From: Octopus sinensis
Lineage: Eukaryota
Assembly: GCF_006345805.1 (NCBI RefSeq)
Contig: NC_043012.1
Span: 50,840,001 to 50,904,000 of the forward strand
DNA length: 64,000 nucleotides
Reading direction: 5' to 3'
Under the pieces are notes generated by a model. The model saw only the letters and a list, made by a program, of their open reading frames with translations. It was not told the origin of the DNA and searched no databases. Below are positions 38,820 to 54,674 of the stretch, piece after piece. Each line of letters starts with the position of its first letter. The first letter of the stretch is position 1. The translations under genes and the position numbers were made by a program.

Positions 38820-41315
38820 TTTTTCTTCTTCTTTCAAATTTGCTTCCATTTCTTGCGAGTGTCTTCCCGACTCCTAGGGCAAAGAAACTCATAGTATACA
38901 TTGGTAGGCCATTAAACTAAACTCAATAGTTCGTTAATTTTTTTTTTAAAGTTAAATTAAAATACATGGGTAGTAATAGTTCTCACATCGACAATGCTCT
39001 TCTCAATACGTGTGATGTACCAGTTAAGAACAATCTTTTGCACTTCTTGCAGGGATGGTAAGCCAGGGATTATTCTCATATAATATTCGGTTCCCTTCTT
39101 GATCATTCCTAATGCTTCTACGATCATCGGTATTGTAACCGCCTTGAGATGCCACATTTTCTCAATTTCAATGAGCAGGTCTTTATATTTTCTGAGCTTG
39201 TCAAACTCTTTCGCCGAGATATTATGATCACAGGGGATGCTCATGACGATCAATAAGCAAACTTTATTGTTTTGTTTTTTCACAACAATATCTGGTTTAT
39301 TGGCCTTGATGGTTCGGTCTGTATGTACTGGAAAGTCCCACAGAATCGTTACATTTTCTCCTTCAGTTACAGCTTCAAGGTGGTGATTACACCACTTGTC
39401 GGCAGTTTTGATATTGTAATGCCGACTTATTAGCCAGTGTAGATATTGGCCAACTCTGTCATGTTGTAATTTATACTCCACTGGTGCTAAGACTTTACAT
39501 CCAGAGATTAGGTGGTCCACTGTTTCAATCATGTCGTAGCAGAATAGGCATTTTGGGTCTCATCACATTGGCCTGGTATTTCCGGGTTAATAGGCTTTGA
39601 TCTTGAGCAGCCAGGATGAGACCTTCGCTCTCTACTTTTAGCCCTGAGCTCCATAGCCACTGATGGGTTTACTTCTGGTCAACATCAGCTTGTTTGCTAC
39701 GGGCCACATATTTGCCGTGCAGAGGTTTCTCCTCCCACCTATCAGCCAATTGTTCGTGCGCTGTTTTCGTTGCCATTATTTTCACCTTCTTTGCAACAAT
39801 AGTTGCCGTACTTCCCTCGGGTTGTTCAGTTTGGGTATCCTACACAAGATAAATAGCTATTTTTTTGCTTTCCTTTATGATAGAATGAAGCTTCTTTCGT
39901 CTCTCGTGATTTTCCACGAGCTTTAGCATCCAGTCATTCATTATTTCAATATATTGGGCCAGTCCAATTGTGGTTGTTTTGTAAGCTAGTTCAAATTGGA
40001 TCAGGCCTCGACCTCCGTGGGATCTGGGAAGGTAAAGGCGATCTACGTCTGCCTTTGGGTGGTGCATCCTATTACAATTCAGCAGCTTGCGTATTTTCCT
40101 ATCTATATTCTTTACTTCACTCATATTCCAGTTCAACACATTTTAGCTATAAGTAACAACTGGAACTGCTAAGGAATTTATAGCTAACACCTTGTTACGT
40201 GCATTCAGTTCAGATTTCAGAACTGCACGAACTCTCCTATAACATTCCTTCCTGATCTTCTCTTTCGTGCTTGCATGCTGAATAACAGAGCCTTCATTTA
40301 TCCCTAAATATTTGTAAGTTTGTTCTTGCTCAAGCTCTCTTATGACTGTGTCAACATCTAACACGACTGAATTTGTGGTCTTCACATCCCCTTTCTGGAA
40401 AGTGGCCTTGGCACACTTCTCAAGCCCAAACTCCATTCCGATGTCATCGCTGAATGCTTTCGCAGTGTGCAATAGGCCTTCAAGTTCATCATCGTCTTTA
40501 CCATAGAGTTTTAAGTCATCCATATAAAATCGATGGCATTTTTTTATTGGCAATTTTATACCCATACCCTGTTCTGTTTAATTCACTTGTGAGGGGTATT
40601 AGGGCTATGCAGAATATTAAAGGTGAAAGTGAGTCACCTTGAAAAATTCCACAGTTGATGTTTATATTTTCTGAGGCAAGTACTCCATTAGAGTGGTATA
40701 ATTGGAGATTCGTATTCCACAACGACATATTGTGCTTCAGGAAGCTTTAAATCACAGGGGAAATTTTGAAGATGTCCAGCGATCTCAAGATCCATGGATG
40801 CGGTATACTTTCGAAGGAGGTGAGATTTCTGCGCTTGTTGTGACAGTTCTCAAGGATCATACGATTAATTAGCAGTTGATCTTCTTATATAAGTATGAGC
40901 CTCGGCGGCACCCTTTTTGTTCAATGGGTAAAATATCGTTCTTCTCCATGAATGCATATGTTTTCTCCGCCAGGATAGATGTTAGGATTTTATACGTGGT
41001 GGATAGACAGGTTATAGGCCGATAGTTTTTTGGAAGGTTGGTTTCGTTATTCTTTGGGAGTAGGTAAGTAATACCACTTGCTAACCATTCTAGAGTTTTC
41101 TTTGGGTCTCTCATAATTCCATTGAGCAGCTGACCAAGCTTACCGTGTGCGCATGGGAGCGATGCGAGCCAGAAATTCGGCACCCTATCTTTACCGGGGG
41201 ATTTCCAATTATGGGCCTTCGTGAATGCCTTTCTTAGGTCTGCTATTGTGATGTCTTCCCATGCTTGTTGTTGTAAATTTTGGTAGGATCCTTCTGTTTG
41301 TATAATCCAGTCTAT
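38820..41315 (-). mobile_element. R4/Dong-clade non-LTR retrotransposon (RT + CCHC + REL endonuclease), 5'-truncated, several frameshifts
   Basis: WKSPGKDRVPNFW, NYRPITCLSTTYKIL, GIFQGDSLSPL, YMDDLKLY, FGLEKCA, YKYLGI, RLYLPRSHGGRGL, ETVDHLISGC, HDRV, PDIVV, SIPCD and KLRKYKDL. (TAA)n-rich arrays on both sides. Confidence 0.93.
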
Positions 41316-41317
41316 TA

Positions 41318-41374
<57 letters not shown>

Positions 41375-41385
41375 GTATTAGTATA

Positions 41386-41736
<351 letters not shown>

Positions 41737-43148
41737 GCGTTAAACCTCCACAGACCGATTTAAAGAGGTGGTGCAATCCTCATGAACCGATGGTGGACAG
41801 TCTTGACATGGGATATTAAAGTAGAGGAGTTCAGGTTCAGTAAAGAAATAAAGTCAGAGCAATCTAGAATACTGGGTCATCTAGTTAAGCACGTAGAATA
41901 GTTATTTACAAGAGAACAAGAACCGATGTGGTGGTACCGAGATTGCGTGCTGAGCAATTATTCAATGCCAATCACACTGGTTGCATTGTCAGAGCCATGG
42001 CGAGTGCTCTAAGACATGATGGAATAAAAGACGCTCGTCCTAACCATTACCTATCAGAAGTCGTTATCAGAACTAGTTGAATCTATATATTTGAAAGCGT
42101 TCGAAGTTTAATATATTATCATTTAACTTTAAACCTTCACACTGAACTGAAAAGCACTGCAATACGTGACAAGTGAAGAATAGATTTTAAATTTCAATAA
42201 ATATAAATTCTAATATATTTAATATCCAAGAAATGAAACGCATGTAGATTTAGGTGTATATATATATATATATATATGACAATTAATTAGCTATTTTCCG
42301 ATTTTGAAAAATAAAATATAACATTTTGCTGGCCTCATATTCATAGACAAATTCTTATTTATTTTCAAAATGTTTCTCATTATCAGATTTATATCTATTG
42401 TACTTTTCTCATTCTTTCTAATAGCACTTTGTCTCTGACAAATTGCAAAACAAATGCACATCCACTCGAAACCACTACTTGGTAGAAATGCGTTACATTG
42501 GAATCTCAGTATAATACAAATGACAGTTGTCAGAATTAAGAATATTATAAAACTGCTATAAAATAGTGGTTTCTAGGCTAAACACACTCGATTAAATACT
42601 TACTAACGTGTAGAACACTTCAAGCTTCCATAAGAGTAAGCCTTCGGCTTATTTGCCACGTGACAACAAAGAAGTTACCTTTTCCATTCGACGTCAAAAC
42701 AGTTTGCAATTTACGTACAAACACAAACAACAAAAGATTTTCAAATGAATTGCTTTAGTTTGCCTCACAACAAAATTGTCCAGTAATTTCCATGAAATAC
42801 AGTAATGCAAAAATACTCCTGGGGTTGCTTTTGATTGAAATGTAAGTGCTATCATCTAATTAACTCGTGTAAGCTTAAATTAATGATACTTAGCATCATT
42901 AATTTCTTTTATTTTTATGCTTATTTCCTTCTATTATTTAACATTGTATATCTTTTCTATCTTATCATTGGTATTCTTGTTACCTTAGCCTTATTGTATC
43001 TTTCACTTTAAATTATTTATTTCAACCATTTTATTACATATACGCACGATATCTTTCTGTCTATCTATCTCTCATTTCGTCTCATTATGTATTTCACCAT
43101 ACCTCTCTCTCTCCCGCTTTCTTTCACTTTCTCTCTTTCTAGCTTTCC

Positions 43149-43187
<39 letters not shown>

Positions 43188-43203
43188 CTATCTCTGTCTA
43201 TAT

Positions 43204-43275
<72 letters not shown>

Positions 43276-43279
43276 ATAT

Positions 43280-43350
<71 letters not shown>

Positions 43351-43974
43351 TATATATGTAGCTTGATAGATAGATAGGTAAATAGATAGACAGATACATA
43401 GATACACACATATCTTCCTCAATATCAAGTTATATGTCTTTCTTAGTACACATAGACATACACAAGGACGCACACACAAACAGAAAAAAACAATCTCACA
43501 CATATATACACATACAAACATATGCATATATGCACACAAACATTTCTTGTAGTGTCTGTAATGTCTGAACTCTTTAAACTCATTTATATCTCTTTGCTTT
43601 CTCCGTGTTTTTTAATTACGCAGAGTTTTTGCAATTGTTTATTCAGTACGTTTTATTTACTGCCTCGAGTGAAACATATTTTTTCGCTGCTTCAGAATAA
43701 TTTTCTTATATTTTCTTAGTACATAAATGTTTCTGTACATATATATATATACGAAATACATATGAACATATACTCATACACACGCACGCACACACACCCA
43801 CCCGGACATAATACACATACATGCGCAATAAAATATATATACGTACATGTATATATGTAGGTATAAACACACACACATATATACATGTATATGTGTGTGT
43901 GTGTGTTTGTGTTGGTATGTGTGTGCGTGTGTGTGTGCGTGCGTGCGTGTGTGTGTGTGTGTGTGCATGGATAT

Positions 43975-44338
43975 GCCGTGGCATTCCGTCGGGTACGACG
44001 ACGAGGGTTCCAGTTGATCAGTTGAACAGCCTGCTCGTGAAATTAACGTATAATTGGCTGAGCTCTCCACACACAAGTGTACCCTTAACGTAGTTCTTGG
44101 GGAGATTCAGTGTGACAAGACTGGTCCTTTGAAATGTAGGTACAACAGAAAGATGAAGAAAAAGTGAGAGAAAGTTGTGGTGAAAGAGTACAGCAGTGTT
44201 CACCACGACCCCTGCCGGAGCTTCGTGGAGCTTTCAATGTTTTTCGCTCAATAAACACTCCCAACGCGCGGTTTTGGAATCGAAACCACGATCCTATGAC
44301 CTTGAGACCGCTGCCCTAACCACAGGACCATTGCGCCT
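43975..44338 (-). mobile_element. SINE family C (tRNA-derived head)
   Basis: AGGCGCAATGGTCCTGTGGTTAGGGCAGCG (A box) ... GGTTTCGATTCC (B box). Confidence 0.8.
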
Positions 44339-44404
44339 ACACTTATGTATATGCATATAAAGGTATATATTTATGCATATGTATATATATATAATATATA
44401 TATA

Positions 44405-44494
<90 letters not shown>

Positions 44495-45166
44495 TAATAT
44501 ATATATATATATATATAATATATATATATATATATTATATATATATATATGTAGCTTGATAGATAGATAGGTAAATAGATAGACAGATACATAGATACAC
44601 ACATATCTTCCTCAATATCAAGTTATATGTCTTTCTTAGTACACATAGACATACACAAGGACGCACACACAAACAGAAAAAAACAATCTCACACATATAT
44701 ACACATACAAACATATGCATATATGCACACAAACATTTCTTGTAGTGTCTGTAATGTCTGAACTCTTTAAACTCATTTATATCTCTTTGCTTTCTCCGTG
44801 TTTTTTAATTACGCAGAGTTTTTGCAATTGTTTATTCAGTACGTTTTATTTACTGCCTCGAGTGAAACATATTTTTTCGCTGCTTCAGAATAATTTTCTT
44901 ATATTTTCTTAGTACATAAATGTTTCTGTACATATATATATATACGAAATACATATGAACATATACTCATACACACGCACGCACACACACCCACCCGGAC
45001 ATAATACACATACATGCGCAATAAAATATATAACGTACATGTATATATGTAGGTATAAACACACACACATATATACATGTATATGTGTGTGTGTGTGTGT
45101 TTGTGTTGGTATGTGTGTGCGTGTGTGTGTGCGTGCGTGCGTGTGTGTGTGTGTGTGTGCATGGTA

Positions 45167-45530
45167 TGCCGTGGCATTCCGTCGGGTACGACGACGAGGG
45201 TTCCAGTTGATCAGTTGAACAGCCTGCTCGTGAAATTAACGTATAATTGGCTGAGCTCTCCACACACAAGTGTACCTTAACGTAGTTCTTGGGGAGATTC
45301 AGTGTGACAAGACTGGTCCTTTGAAATGTAGGTACAACAGAAAGATGAAGAAAAAGTGAGAGAAAGTTGTGGTGAAAGAGTACAGCAGTGTTCACCACGA
45401 CCCCTGCCGGAGCTTCGTGGAGCTTTCAATGTTTTTCGCTCAATAAACACTCCCAACGCGCGGTTTTGGAATCGAAACCACGATCCTATGACCTTGAGAC
45501 CGCTGCCCTAACCACAGGACCATTGCGCCT
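45167..45530 (-). mobile_element. SINE family C, duplicate copy
   Basis: Part of the tandem duplication. Confidence 0.8.
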
Positions 45531-45597
45531 ACACTTATGTATATGCATATAAAGTTATATATTTATGCATATGTAATATATATATAATATATATATA

Positions 45598-45639
<42 letters not shown>

Positions 45640-45643
<4 letters not shown>

Positions 45644-45870
45644 TCGGTATGGTAGATGAGTTTAGCAAAAATTTAGATTCAGATGACGATGGTACTTAAG
45701 TTGAGGCACCCGAATTTCGTATGGTATTATCCATACAATTTCAAAGTAAGGTGATTACAAGCAAAATATGCAACAAGAATATCCAGAGGTAATGCAGTAC
45801 GATCGTTTCATGGAAGTCCATTTAATTGAACAATGCAATCATTACATCAATTTGAAATGTTCAGCTGCAG
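45640..45870. mobile_element. Dispersed repeat related to 31601-31690, with a degenerate hammerhead-like motif on the - strand (45793-45869)
   Basis: Shared AGCAAAAATTTAGATTCA...ATGGTACTTAAGTT. Minus strand TGCAG-CTGAACA...GAAAC-GATC-GTA-CTGCA. Confidence 0.55.
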
Positions 45871-45947
45871 AAAGACATACCATTTAATCAAATTAGAACA
45901 CATGGACACATTAGTATAATTATACCATAAATCTCTAAGAATTTAAG

Positions 45948-45997
45948 GATAGATAGATAGATAGATAGACATACAGACAGACAGATATATATATATA

Positions 45998-46080
<83 letters not shown>

Positions 46081-46205
46081 GATAGATAGAAAGATAGCTA
46101 GATAGATAGATAGCTAGCTAGCTAGATAGATAGATTGATAGATAGATAGATAGATAGATAGATACATAGATAGATAGATAGATAGACAAACAGATAGATA
46201 GATAC
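45948..46205. repeat. (AGAT)n/(AGAC)n tetranucleotide microsatellite
   Basis: Direct reading. Confidence 0.95.
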
Positions 46206-46975
46206 ATTGATGCTTAAGTTCAGCAGAAGAACATAAGTAGAACTCAAGACGTGAGAATGCATATATTTTTATCATTTTGTGCCGATCAAATAAAGACGAG
46301 TGTATGTGTCTCCATATGTCTGTGTGTGCGAGGGTTTGTGTACAGGTATATGTATGGGTGTATGAGTGTGTGTGTGTATCTGAAGTTCTATCTTTATGAC
46401 ACGCAACTGTCGTTATTTTACCTTCAGTATTCTCTTATATTTCTATATGCATCCAATTCAAATCTTTGAAATCTAACGAATCCTAATGTTTATTAAGTTG
46501 TAAAGAGAAAGCAGATCGAAATTGATTAACAATAACACTAATTGAATTATTTTCACTGGGTTGTGTATTGAATCAATTAGCTGAACTTCAAATGGATTGC
46601 TGTCGATATCGGATATCGTAGCTGCAAAAATTCGCACCAATTTATGTCTGTTAGCATGTATAAATTTTTTCTACATGGAATCAAGAAATGTGAAAGTCTG
46701 ACATCACGGCGAGTCTCAGTACGTTCTAAACATAATTCATATTGCATAAAAAACAACAAAAGGTGTGAAAGACATACAGAAAGTTTTCAATGAATTTGTA
46801 TATATTCTATTTGAAAACTGGTTACGTGTAAAGAAATAGAAATGTAGTCATTGGTACGATGCTGTATTCTTAACTTCTGGCGGCCGGCATACTAAGATTT
46901 AATGATGAAATGTCTCTGCACCACATAAGGCAACAAGACATTAAGTCGAAATCTCCATTGGCTAAATGATGATGA

Positions 46976-47009
<34 letters not shown>

Positions 47010-47141
47010 GGTTGTGGTGGTGATGATGATGGTGGTGATGATGATGACAGACAGACAGATATGCACACAAGCAGTATGTGGTGTAACCGAGGTAATTTAA
47101 TTCAAATCAGTTAAATAGATTTCTTTTCATTCTGATTACAC

Positions 47142-48095
47142 ATGGCAGATGAATTTCTATCACAAGAGTGGAAAAGACACGCAATGATCATTGAAACATA
47201 TGCAGGGAATAATCATTCAGAAATTGTCAACTTTCAAAATGTTGCAAGGACTATTTTCCTCAAAGTTCGGGTGGAAGGGGAAATATCTGACAGGAGTAGA
47301 TTTAATTTATCGGAAAGGAAACACCTTCGAATTCGGAATACCATAATGACACTGAAATTCATCTAACATACTCTAAACATTATTGTTAATGATCCTCCCA
47401 TGGACATTGCTAAGACTTTTAGTTGTCCGAATGGATTATCAAAACCTTGGCGCACGAGGATACTGGATGCAATTTGTATGGACTGACGAGAGGCCTCTTC
47501 ATGCCAACAAAGAGACCGGAAAATCGTTTGATCCCAGCCAATCAGTTACTAAAGAAGGTTAAAAGCCTTCACGAATACAGAATGATATTAATTCTTCTCA
47601 GATGAGAAAATGTCTACAAAACCAAAAGGCTAATGGCAGGTGGTTATGGGCAAATCCCTTGTGTGACGTACTCTAAGTTTAAAGCTAGAGTGTTAGGGTC
47701 AAGAATGGCAAGTATCGAATATCGTGTCTCAGGACAAATATTGTTTGGCATGTTGAGATGTGAAAGAGAGTTGTTAAACCCTTGATCAGTGAAGTACATG
47801 CTTGAATGCTATTCGTGTTTCACAAAGTACACGTGCTTCAAAAATAGATATCAGACAATTTTTGCGATCATGTAACACCAAACATATAGTCTCGAACTCG
47901 ACAGTATTAAATATCGCGGATTACTACTTTTGGAACTGTGTAAAAAGGAAGACCACTCGATATTGCCGCAATGACAGCACTCCATTGACGGCAGCCATTG
48001 TCTGGTTGATGTCCGAAACAATTAAGGAACTTTTCGTGCAAGCATTTCCAAGAGTCTGGTTCAGTATTGAAGTTAAATGCGGAATCATAGAATAA
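47142..48095 (+). pseudogene. DD37D (maT-like) Tc1/mariner transposase remnant
   Basis: MADEFLSQEWKRHAM, SEWIIKTLAHED, ENRLIPANQLLKK, FFSDEK and NSTVLNIADYYFWNCVKR...IEVKCGIIE*, with many stops and frameshifts. Confidence 0.75.
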
Positions 48096-49111
48096 TCTAA
48101 GAAAGGTTATTGAGAACATTTGCATAATTTGTTTTCAAAGTGCATTTTATTGTTGCTAGATTACAATTGTTTTTGGTAAATTACCAAATAAATGCTCGTA
48201 CCAACACACGCAAAGACATACTCGTGTGATCAGCGCAAGAATCCTGTATTAAATTATTTATTCTATCTTATAGCATTGTAGGTGATACGAATTTAAGAGG
48301 TGACTTAGTAGAGTCAAGTGACCAAAAATGTGGTTCATACACATTAAGAAGCTGGACTAACGCGAGATTCGTCACAGCATCATTGAAATATAATAAAATT
48401 TTACGTAAATTCATCGAATCTAGGCTAAACCTATACTTAAAGCACACAAGTTTATTTTATATGAAGAGTAATGGAATTTTCAGTAGTTAAAAAAACTAAT
48501 TTAATTATTCGTCCTGAAACGTAAATAGAAAGATTAGGACACAAGCATAAATATCTCGAATGGGAGTCCATGCTCTCTTTTGTATTTGTGTATAGGTTAC
48601 TTTCGATAATGCATCTGATATCTATGTTTGCGTGAGTCATCTCTCATACCACAATTCACAGCAGTGATGAGACATGATATCTAGAGCTTTCCTGCTTGCT
48701 CTACTATTGCGCTGAGAACCTAATCGATGACTTCTGAAACGTTGCTGTAACTGTTAGTGAGAAATTCAATAGTTATAAATCTTTCACGTGTTACTAGATA
48801 TACTATATGGATTTGAGATGATATTAAATAACCACCGCAGTTCTTCACTATATAAACTTATAATTTCACTAAATCTCTCACTTTGACAGTGGTTCGACAA
48901 TAACTGCCGGTACTACGCTTAAAGAATATCACAAAACGATGCTGTTTGCTAGAAGTATAAAACTATCCATCCATCCATCGATCCACCCAACCATCCATCC
49001 ATACATACATACAGACATACATGCATACAAATGTACATATATATATATATGTGCATATATGCACACACACATACGTACATATATACATGCGTATTCGGAC
49101 ATATATATATA

Positions 49112-49168
<57 letters not shown>

Positions 49169-49608
49169 CATACGTACATACAAACTTAAAGACATACTTA
49201 CACACACATACATACATACATGCATGCATACATTTATTCAGATGTCTATATTTTCGTGTTATCTTTGTCTTGAGTAAATTAAACAGTTCTATTCCCTGAT
49301 ATTGAGATATTTTGATATGCCTTACACAAGTCTGTTTATGTGCTTAGATAGAACTGAATGCAATATTTCCAAGGTCAGACTCTAATACATTATTAAAAGA
49401 ATTCTAGAAGCATTCAAATTCGGTATATTGTATGATATAATATAAATATTGGAACTAGATGATTTCACACTCACACAGAAACATACAAAAATGCACACAA
49501 TACACACACACATGTATGTAAATCTTTTCATTTCTGAATGTATATATGTATGTATGAATGTGTGTATATATCTATCAATCTCTTTCTCTCTCACTCTCTG
49601 TCTCTTTC

Positions 49609-49655
<47 letters not shown>

Positions 49656-50428
49656 TATGCATATATGTGTGTCTATATGGATTCAAATACATTAACAGCA
49701 TTCAGAATCTCATTCGAATACAAACCTCGGAATATAACTGCATTTGATTAATGGTTGATGCTTTCAACAAAGACCATTCCACATATCTGCGATAAACGGC
49801 ATAAATACAGATCATTACCATATTATTTTGTCGACAGCAACCATAATGTGAACGCGATGAAAACAAAAATAATTCTTGGACAAAACAGCTAAGAAAACAT
49901 TCTTGTGCTTCTTATTGACAAACTTAAAGAATCTATACAAAGTCTTGCAGTTTGTTTTATTCATTTTTAATATTCCAGAAAATATTGCAGAAAAATTAAG
50001 CGAAAAAAATTTTCTAGGAGTGGAGGAAACAGCTGAAGCTAATGATAGTCTCAAGCTTTGCATATAATATTTCGTTACTTTTTGTTAAAGACAAAATCAT
50101 TATGAAAAAATATAAAAGATGGGAGAAAATATGGAAAAAATGGAACACATAAAAATATAAATCATTAGAATTTTTTTCAACCTGTGGCAAAATATATATT
50201 TTAAATAAGTAACAGTGGGTAATTATGGATAAGAATTTTGCAACATCTCCAAACTGCTTTACTGTGTCAGTAGAAATAAATAACTGCGTGTACTTTATCT
50301 AAGTTTATGAATAATTTCTCACGATAGGTTATGGAAAAATTACTTACTGAGCAGACTACATCACACACACTCACACATACACAAACACACACACACATAT
50401 ATATATATATATACATACAAATATATAT

Positions 50429-50502
<74 letters not shown>

Positions 50503-50535
50503 CATACATACATACATACATACATATATTTATAT

Positions 50536-51780
50536 ATTTGAGTCGAAGTAAAAAATTATCCGCACTTTCGCCATAACGTGTCTTCATTATTGTCACACTG
50601 ACTTCAGCGCATTCGTGCATATAACTGGTACTATTGTGGTCACGTGATCGACGTTTGAGCCTGATCGCGTCATATTTCTTTCTAGCTTTACAGTGTAAGC
50701 ATGACTACTCTACTATAAATATGCAGCAAAGAAGAACAAAGTGTAGTGATCCGATTTCTCTGGTCGGAAGTTGTGTCAGGTAATGAAAATTATCGGAGGC
50801 TTTTAACGGAGACGGTGAACTACCGAGTAGAAGTGTGCATAAGTGGATCGAGAATTTTAAAAGTGGCTGGACAAGCGTGACGCACGAAAAGTGACCACTA
50901 CTGACTAGAATATTTAGCGAGCTCGGGAGATGGTAATGGTGAACCGGCGAGTTATCATCGACGAGGTAGTTCATTTTCTGCAGATTAATCATTGTTCTGT
51001 TTATCAAATCATCCACGATGAACTGTGGTTTCATAATGTTTGTGCTAGATGATTGTCAAGAAAGCTTACTGCAGAGCACAAGTGAAAACGTCTTGACGTC
51101 TGCCAGCATTTACTCGATCGCTACAATAATGAGGGAGAGGAATTAGTCAGAGAAGATAAGACGTGGGTCCATCATTTTGAAGCAGCTTATCGGGTAGAAG
51201 CATTTTGGTTCACCAGCGACGAAGAAATTCAATAATCAGTCTTCCACGGGAAAGGTGATACTAATCCATTTTGGGGGACTCAAATTGTCTTATACTGTAA
51301 GACTACCACGAAAAGGAGTGTACAATCAACAGTGCAAGATGCATTGATTTGCTGGCCAACAAATTGAAGACAGGAATTCGCACCAAACGCCGAAGCCTAT
51401 TGTCGAAGAAAGTTTTAATTTTGCGTGACAATGCACACCACCACACGGCCGCCCAGATCTCTGAAACCATTAACTAATTGGGTTTTGAGGTACTGGAGCA
51501 CACTATCTACTGCCCAGATCTCGCCCCTTCAGACTATCATATCTTTGGACTGCTCAAAAATGGTTTACGAGGTCACTGATTGCCTCCGGATGGAAATGTG
51601 AAGGAAGTATTGCATAAATTGTTCCATGACCAACAAAAAACCTTATTTTGGAGGGAATACGCAATCTAGACCAAGGGCACGGAAAAGAAAGGAGGGTGTA
51701 TACAAAAATGTTTATCCCCTGTTTTTGTGTAAATACATTGAAAACACAGGAGTGCGTATGATGTTTGACTCCCCCTTGTA
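50536..51780 (+). mobile_element. mariner (DD34D-type) element with degraded TIRs; transposase disrupted
   Basis: EEQSVVIRFLWSE, HKWIENFKSG, DKTWVHHFE, RDNAHHHTA and CPDLAPSDYHIFG. TIR remnants AAAAATTATCCGCACT / AGTGCGTATGATGTTTGACTCCCCCTTGTA. Confidence 0.88.
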
Positions 51781-52247
51781 TATTGTTGTGGTGGAATCCA
51801 AGCAGCCATATATTATGCAGTGAGTCGTAAATGCTCTTAAGAAAATATATCGTTGGATACGTGTGGTGATTTGAACAGTTTGTAAATGAATATGCATAAG
51901 TCTGCAACTACATTAACACATCATAACATTTATATGATACTTCTCTTGCTTTGCTGGTCTTCTGAATTTCAAGGGAGATAATCATGTTGAAATGAATCCA
52001 TATTACTAATATATATTTTCTTTGCATAAGGAAAAAGGAATTTTCCTCCCTTTACTTTTACGTTTGATTATTCACTCCTTCATATTTGCATATGTACTTA
52101 TATACAAATATGTGTCTGGTTTCATGACTATATATTTTATATAAGAGCATACGCGGGTACGCATGAGAGTTAGCGTCTGTGTGCGTACGGCAGCTATCTC
52201 ACTTGCTTTATAAATAGAAAAAAAACACATGCATACACACATACGCG

Positions 52248-52349
<102 letters not shown>

Positions 52350-52581
52350 AAATTAATAAATAAAACATATGCATACATACATATATTTACATACCTACAT
52401 GCATATATGGGTACAGGACATCAAAAGAAAAAAACGTAGAACACAATGAGAAAGGAAAACATAAAAACAAAAACAAGGAAATGGACTTTTTCAAACAACG
52501 AAAATACAGAGTACAAGACATACAACACAAGGAATATTTCCCTTCTTAAGCTGCCCCTTCTTCGACTACTCGTGTTTCGAA

Positions 52582-52718
<137 letters not shown>

Positions 52719-52751
52719 TGTGTGTGTGTGTGTGTGTGCACGTGTGGTAAC

Positions 52752-52952
52752 ATGGCAGAAACGTGGGGACTCCGGGCGAAATGTTTAGCTGTGTTCCGTC
52801 TGTCTTAACGTTCTGAGCTCAAATTCCGTCAAGGTCGACTTTCCCATTCATCCTTTCGAGTGGATAAAATAAGTACCAGTTCCGTACTGGGGTTGATCTA
52901 ATTGACTCGCTCCTCCCCAAACTTTCGAGCCTTGTGTCTAGAGTAGGAAAGG
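52752..52952 (+). mobile_element. SINE family B
   Basis: TGGCAGAAACG...GAGCTCAAATTCCGTCAAGGTCGAC...CATCCTTTCGAGTGGATAAAATAAGTACCAG. Confidence 0.88.
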
Positions 52953-54674
52953 ATATATATATATATAAGATAAACTGGAACACGACTGAGGAAAGAAAAC
53001 TCCGAATGACCCGCCCTTGTTTTCTTTGTTTTTTTCTATCTGGATGTTTTGCTTTCTTGTCCCATTTTGTGTATATGTATATATATATATATATATATAT
53101 ACAGAGAAAGAGAGAAAAAGATAAAAGAAGAGAGAGATATCCTGGACCAGATATTTGTTTTATTTTCGACATATTCTTCAGCATTTAATAGCTTCAATAG
53201 TGTTTTTATCATTTAGGAGAAAAGGTACTGCCTAGAGACGTTTACACAGACTGTGATACTGGTGGACGGAAGATGTTTTAGCGCTTGAGAACACAGAATA
53301 CGTTGCAGAAGTGTGTAAAATTGAAACAGTAAAATGAGCCCTAAAGTTAAGGAACTAACATTATTCGGATATAATCACTTAGATATGAATACCGATATAT
53401 ATATATCCGTTAGTACACAAAGAAATTCTGCAGTAAATATGAATCTGATACAAAGAAATTTGAGAAATCTAAAATTACATATATTTTCTCAAACGAAGCC
53501 AATAATAGTCACGAACGATGAAATATATTAACGACTGCTAAAGAAAGCCAATAACAGATGTAGAAATATGAGCTCACAGACTTGAAATAATATGATCATT
53601 GATACAACGTACATAGATCAGAAATCGGATTGAGCAATAAGGTAGAATTACTTGTTATATACGACGATTAACATCGTCAAGTAATCTAATATGGAGATAA
53701 GTATATTTGGCTATAACATGGCTAGAATTTATCAACAATACAAATTTTCATTTAAATTAATGACATTATGATGAAAATGGAATGTCAACACTGGAGAATT
53801 AAATGTAGGCTACGTCGTTTCAGATATTTATTACAAATGTTTGTAAAGTTAACTAATAAGCGATATTATAGAAGTCTGTTTTCATAGTTCTGAAAATGTT
53901 TTCTGTATAATTCTAAAAATTTCCTGAAAATACAACGAAATCCCCGACTCAAATGAAGATTTACTAGACAATCCCCAAAATTCTACTCCTGTTTGGAAGA
54001 CTGCTCAAGATAACAGCACCTGGTTGTATGACAGCGCAAATACAGTGCCCATGATTAAACTGTAAAAACCAGAAGTACTTGGAAAATATACAATCTGGAA
54101 ATAGCCGTCAAAATATAGAACACGTCTTCTTTTTTACATATACTAATGAAATTTACTTTAGTTTCGTATAAAACAGAAATCATTAACACATTCACAGTTT
54201 ATTTACAGAAGTAGTAGTATTTACATCCACGTTTTCAGTTAGGAAACCTTTCATAATACTGTCACGCCACACAGAAAATATTGTAAATATGTTTCATTTA
54301 CATGCACCACTGTCTGCATTCTTCCGCACAAAATGGCGCCCGCGTTCTATTTCCTTAAAACGTCAACACAAAGACCATTATCATTTCTTAATCCATGTAG
54401 CTAAATATTGTGCAATAACCACTGTTAAATAAAACGCTTTTATGGGAACTATTTAAGAATGCAATATAACTGTGCAATATTGATGGGGAGATCACGAAGG
54501 TTAGTAAAACATATAAACATAACTTGAGGCAATCTACACATGCAAAAACATCGGTGCAAACCTATCGAAACTGTAATGCCGCATGGCTAATAAATGGAAT
54601 AGAAATCAGCTGTACCAAGCTGGACCAACTTAAAGAGTTAAAAATATGGAAGAATTGTAGTATACGGATTCAAA

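Larger units (their letters stand above)
43358..45574. repeat. Tandem duplication, period about 1193 bp (43358-44383 / 44551-45574), bounded by (TA)n
   Basis: Copies differ mainly by single-base indels and microsatellite length. Confidence 0.95.

Noticed and set aside
43975-44338. tRNA gene calls for SINE heads (all families)
   Set aside because: A/B boxes are present but there is no complete cloverleaf, and each continues into a repeat body.
46870-47070. Poly-His ORF
   Set aside because: (CAT/CAC)n microsatellite with no flanking coding signal.
49815-50067. Overlapping 82-aa and 63-aa ORFs
   Set aside because: No recognisable homology or convincing splice context.
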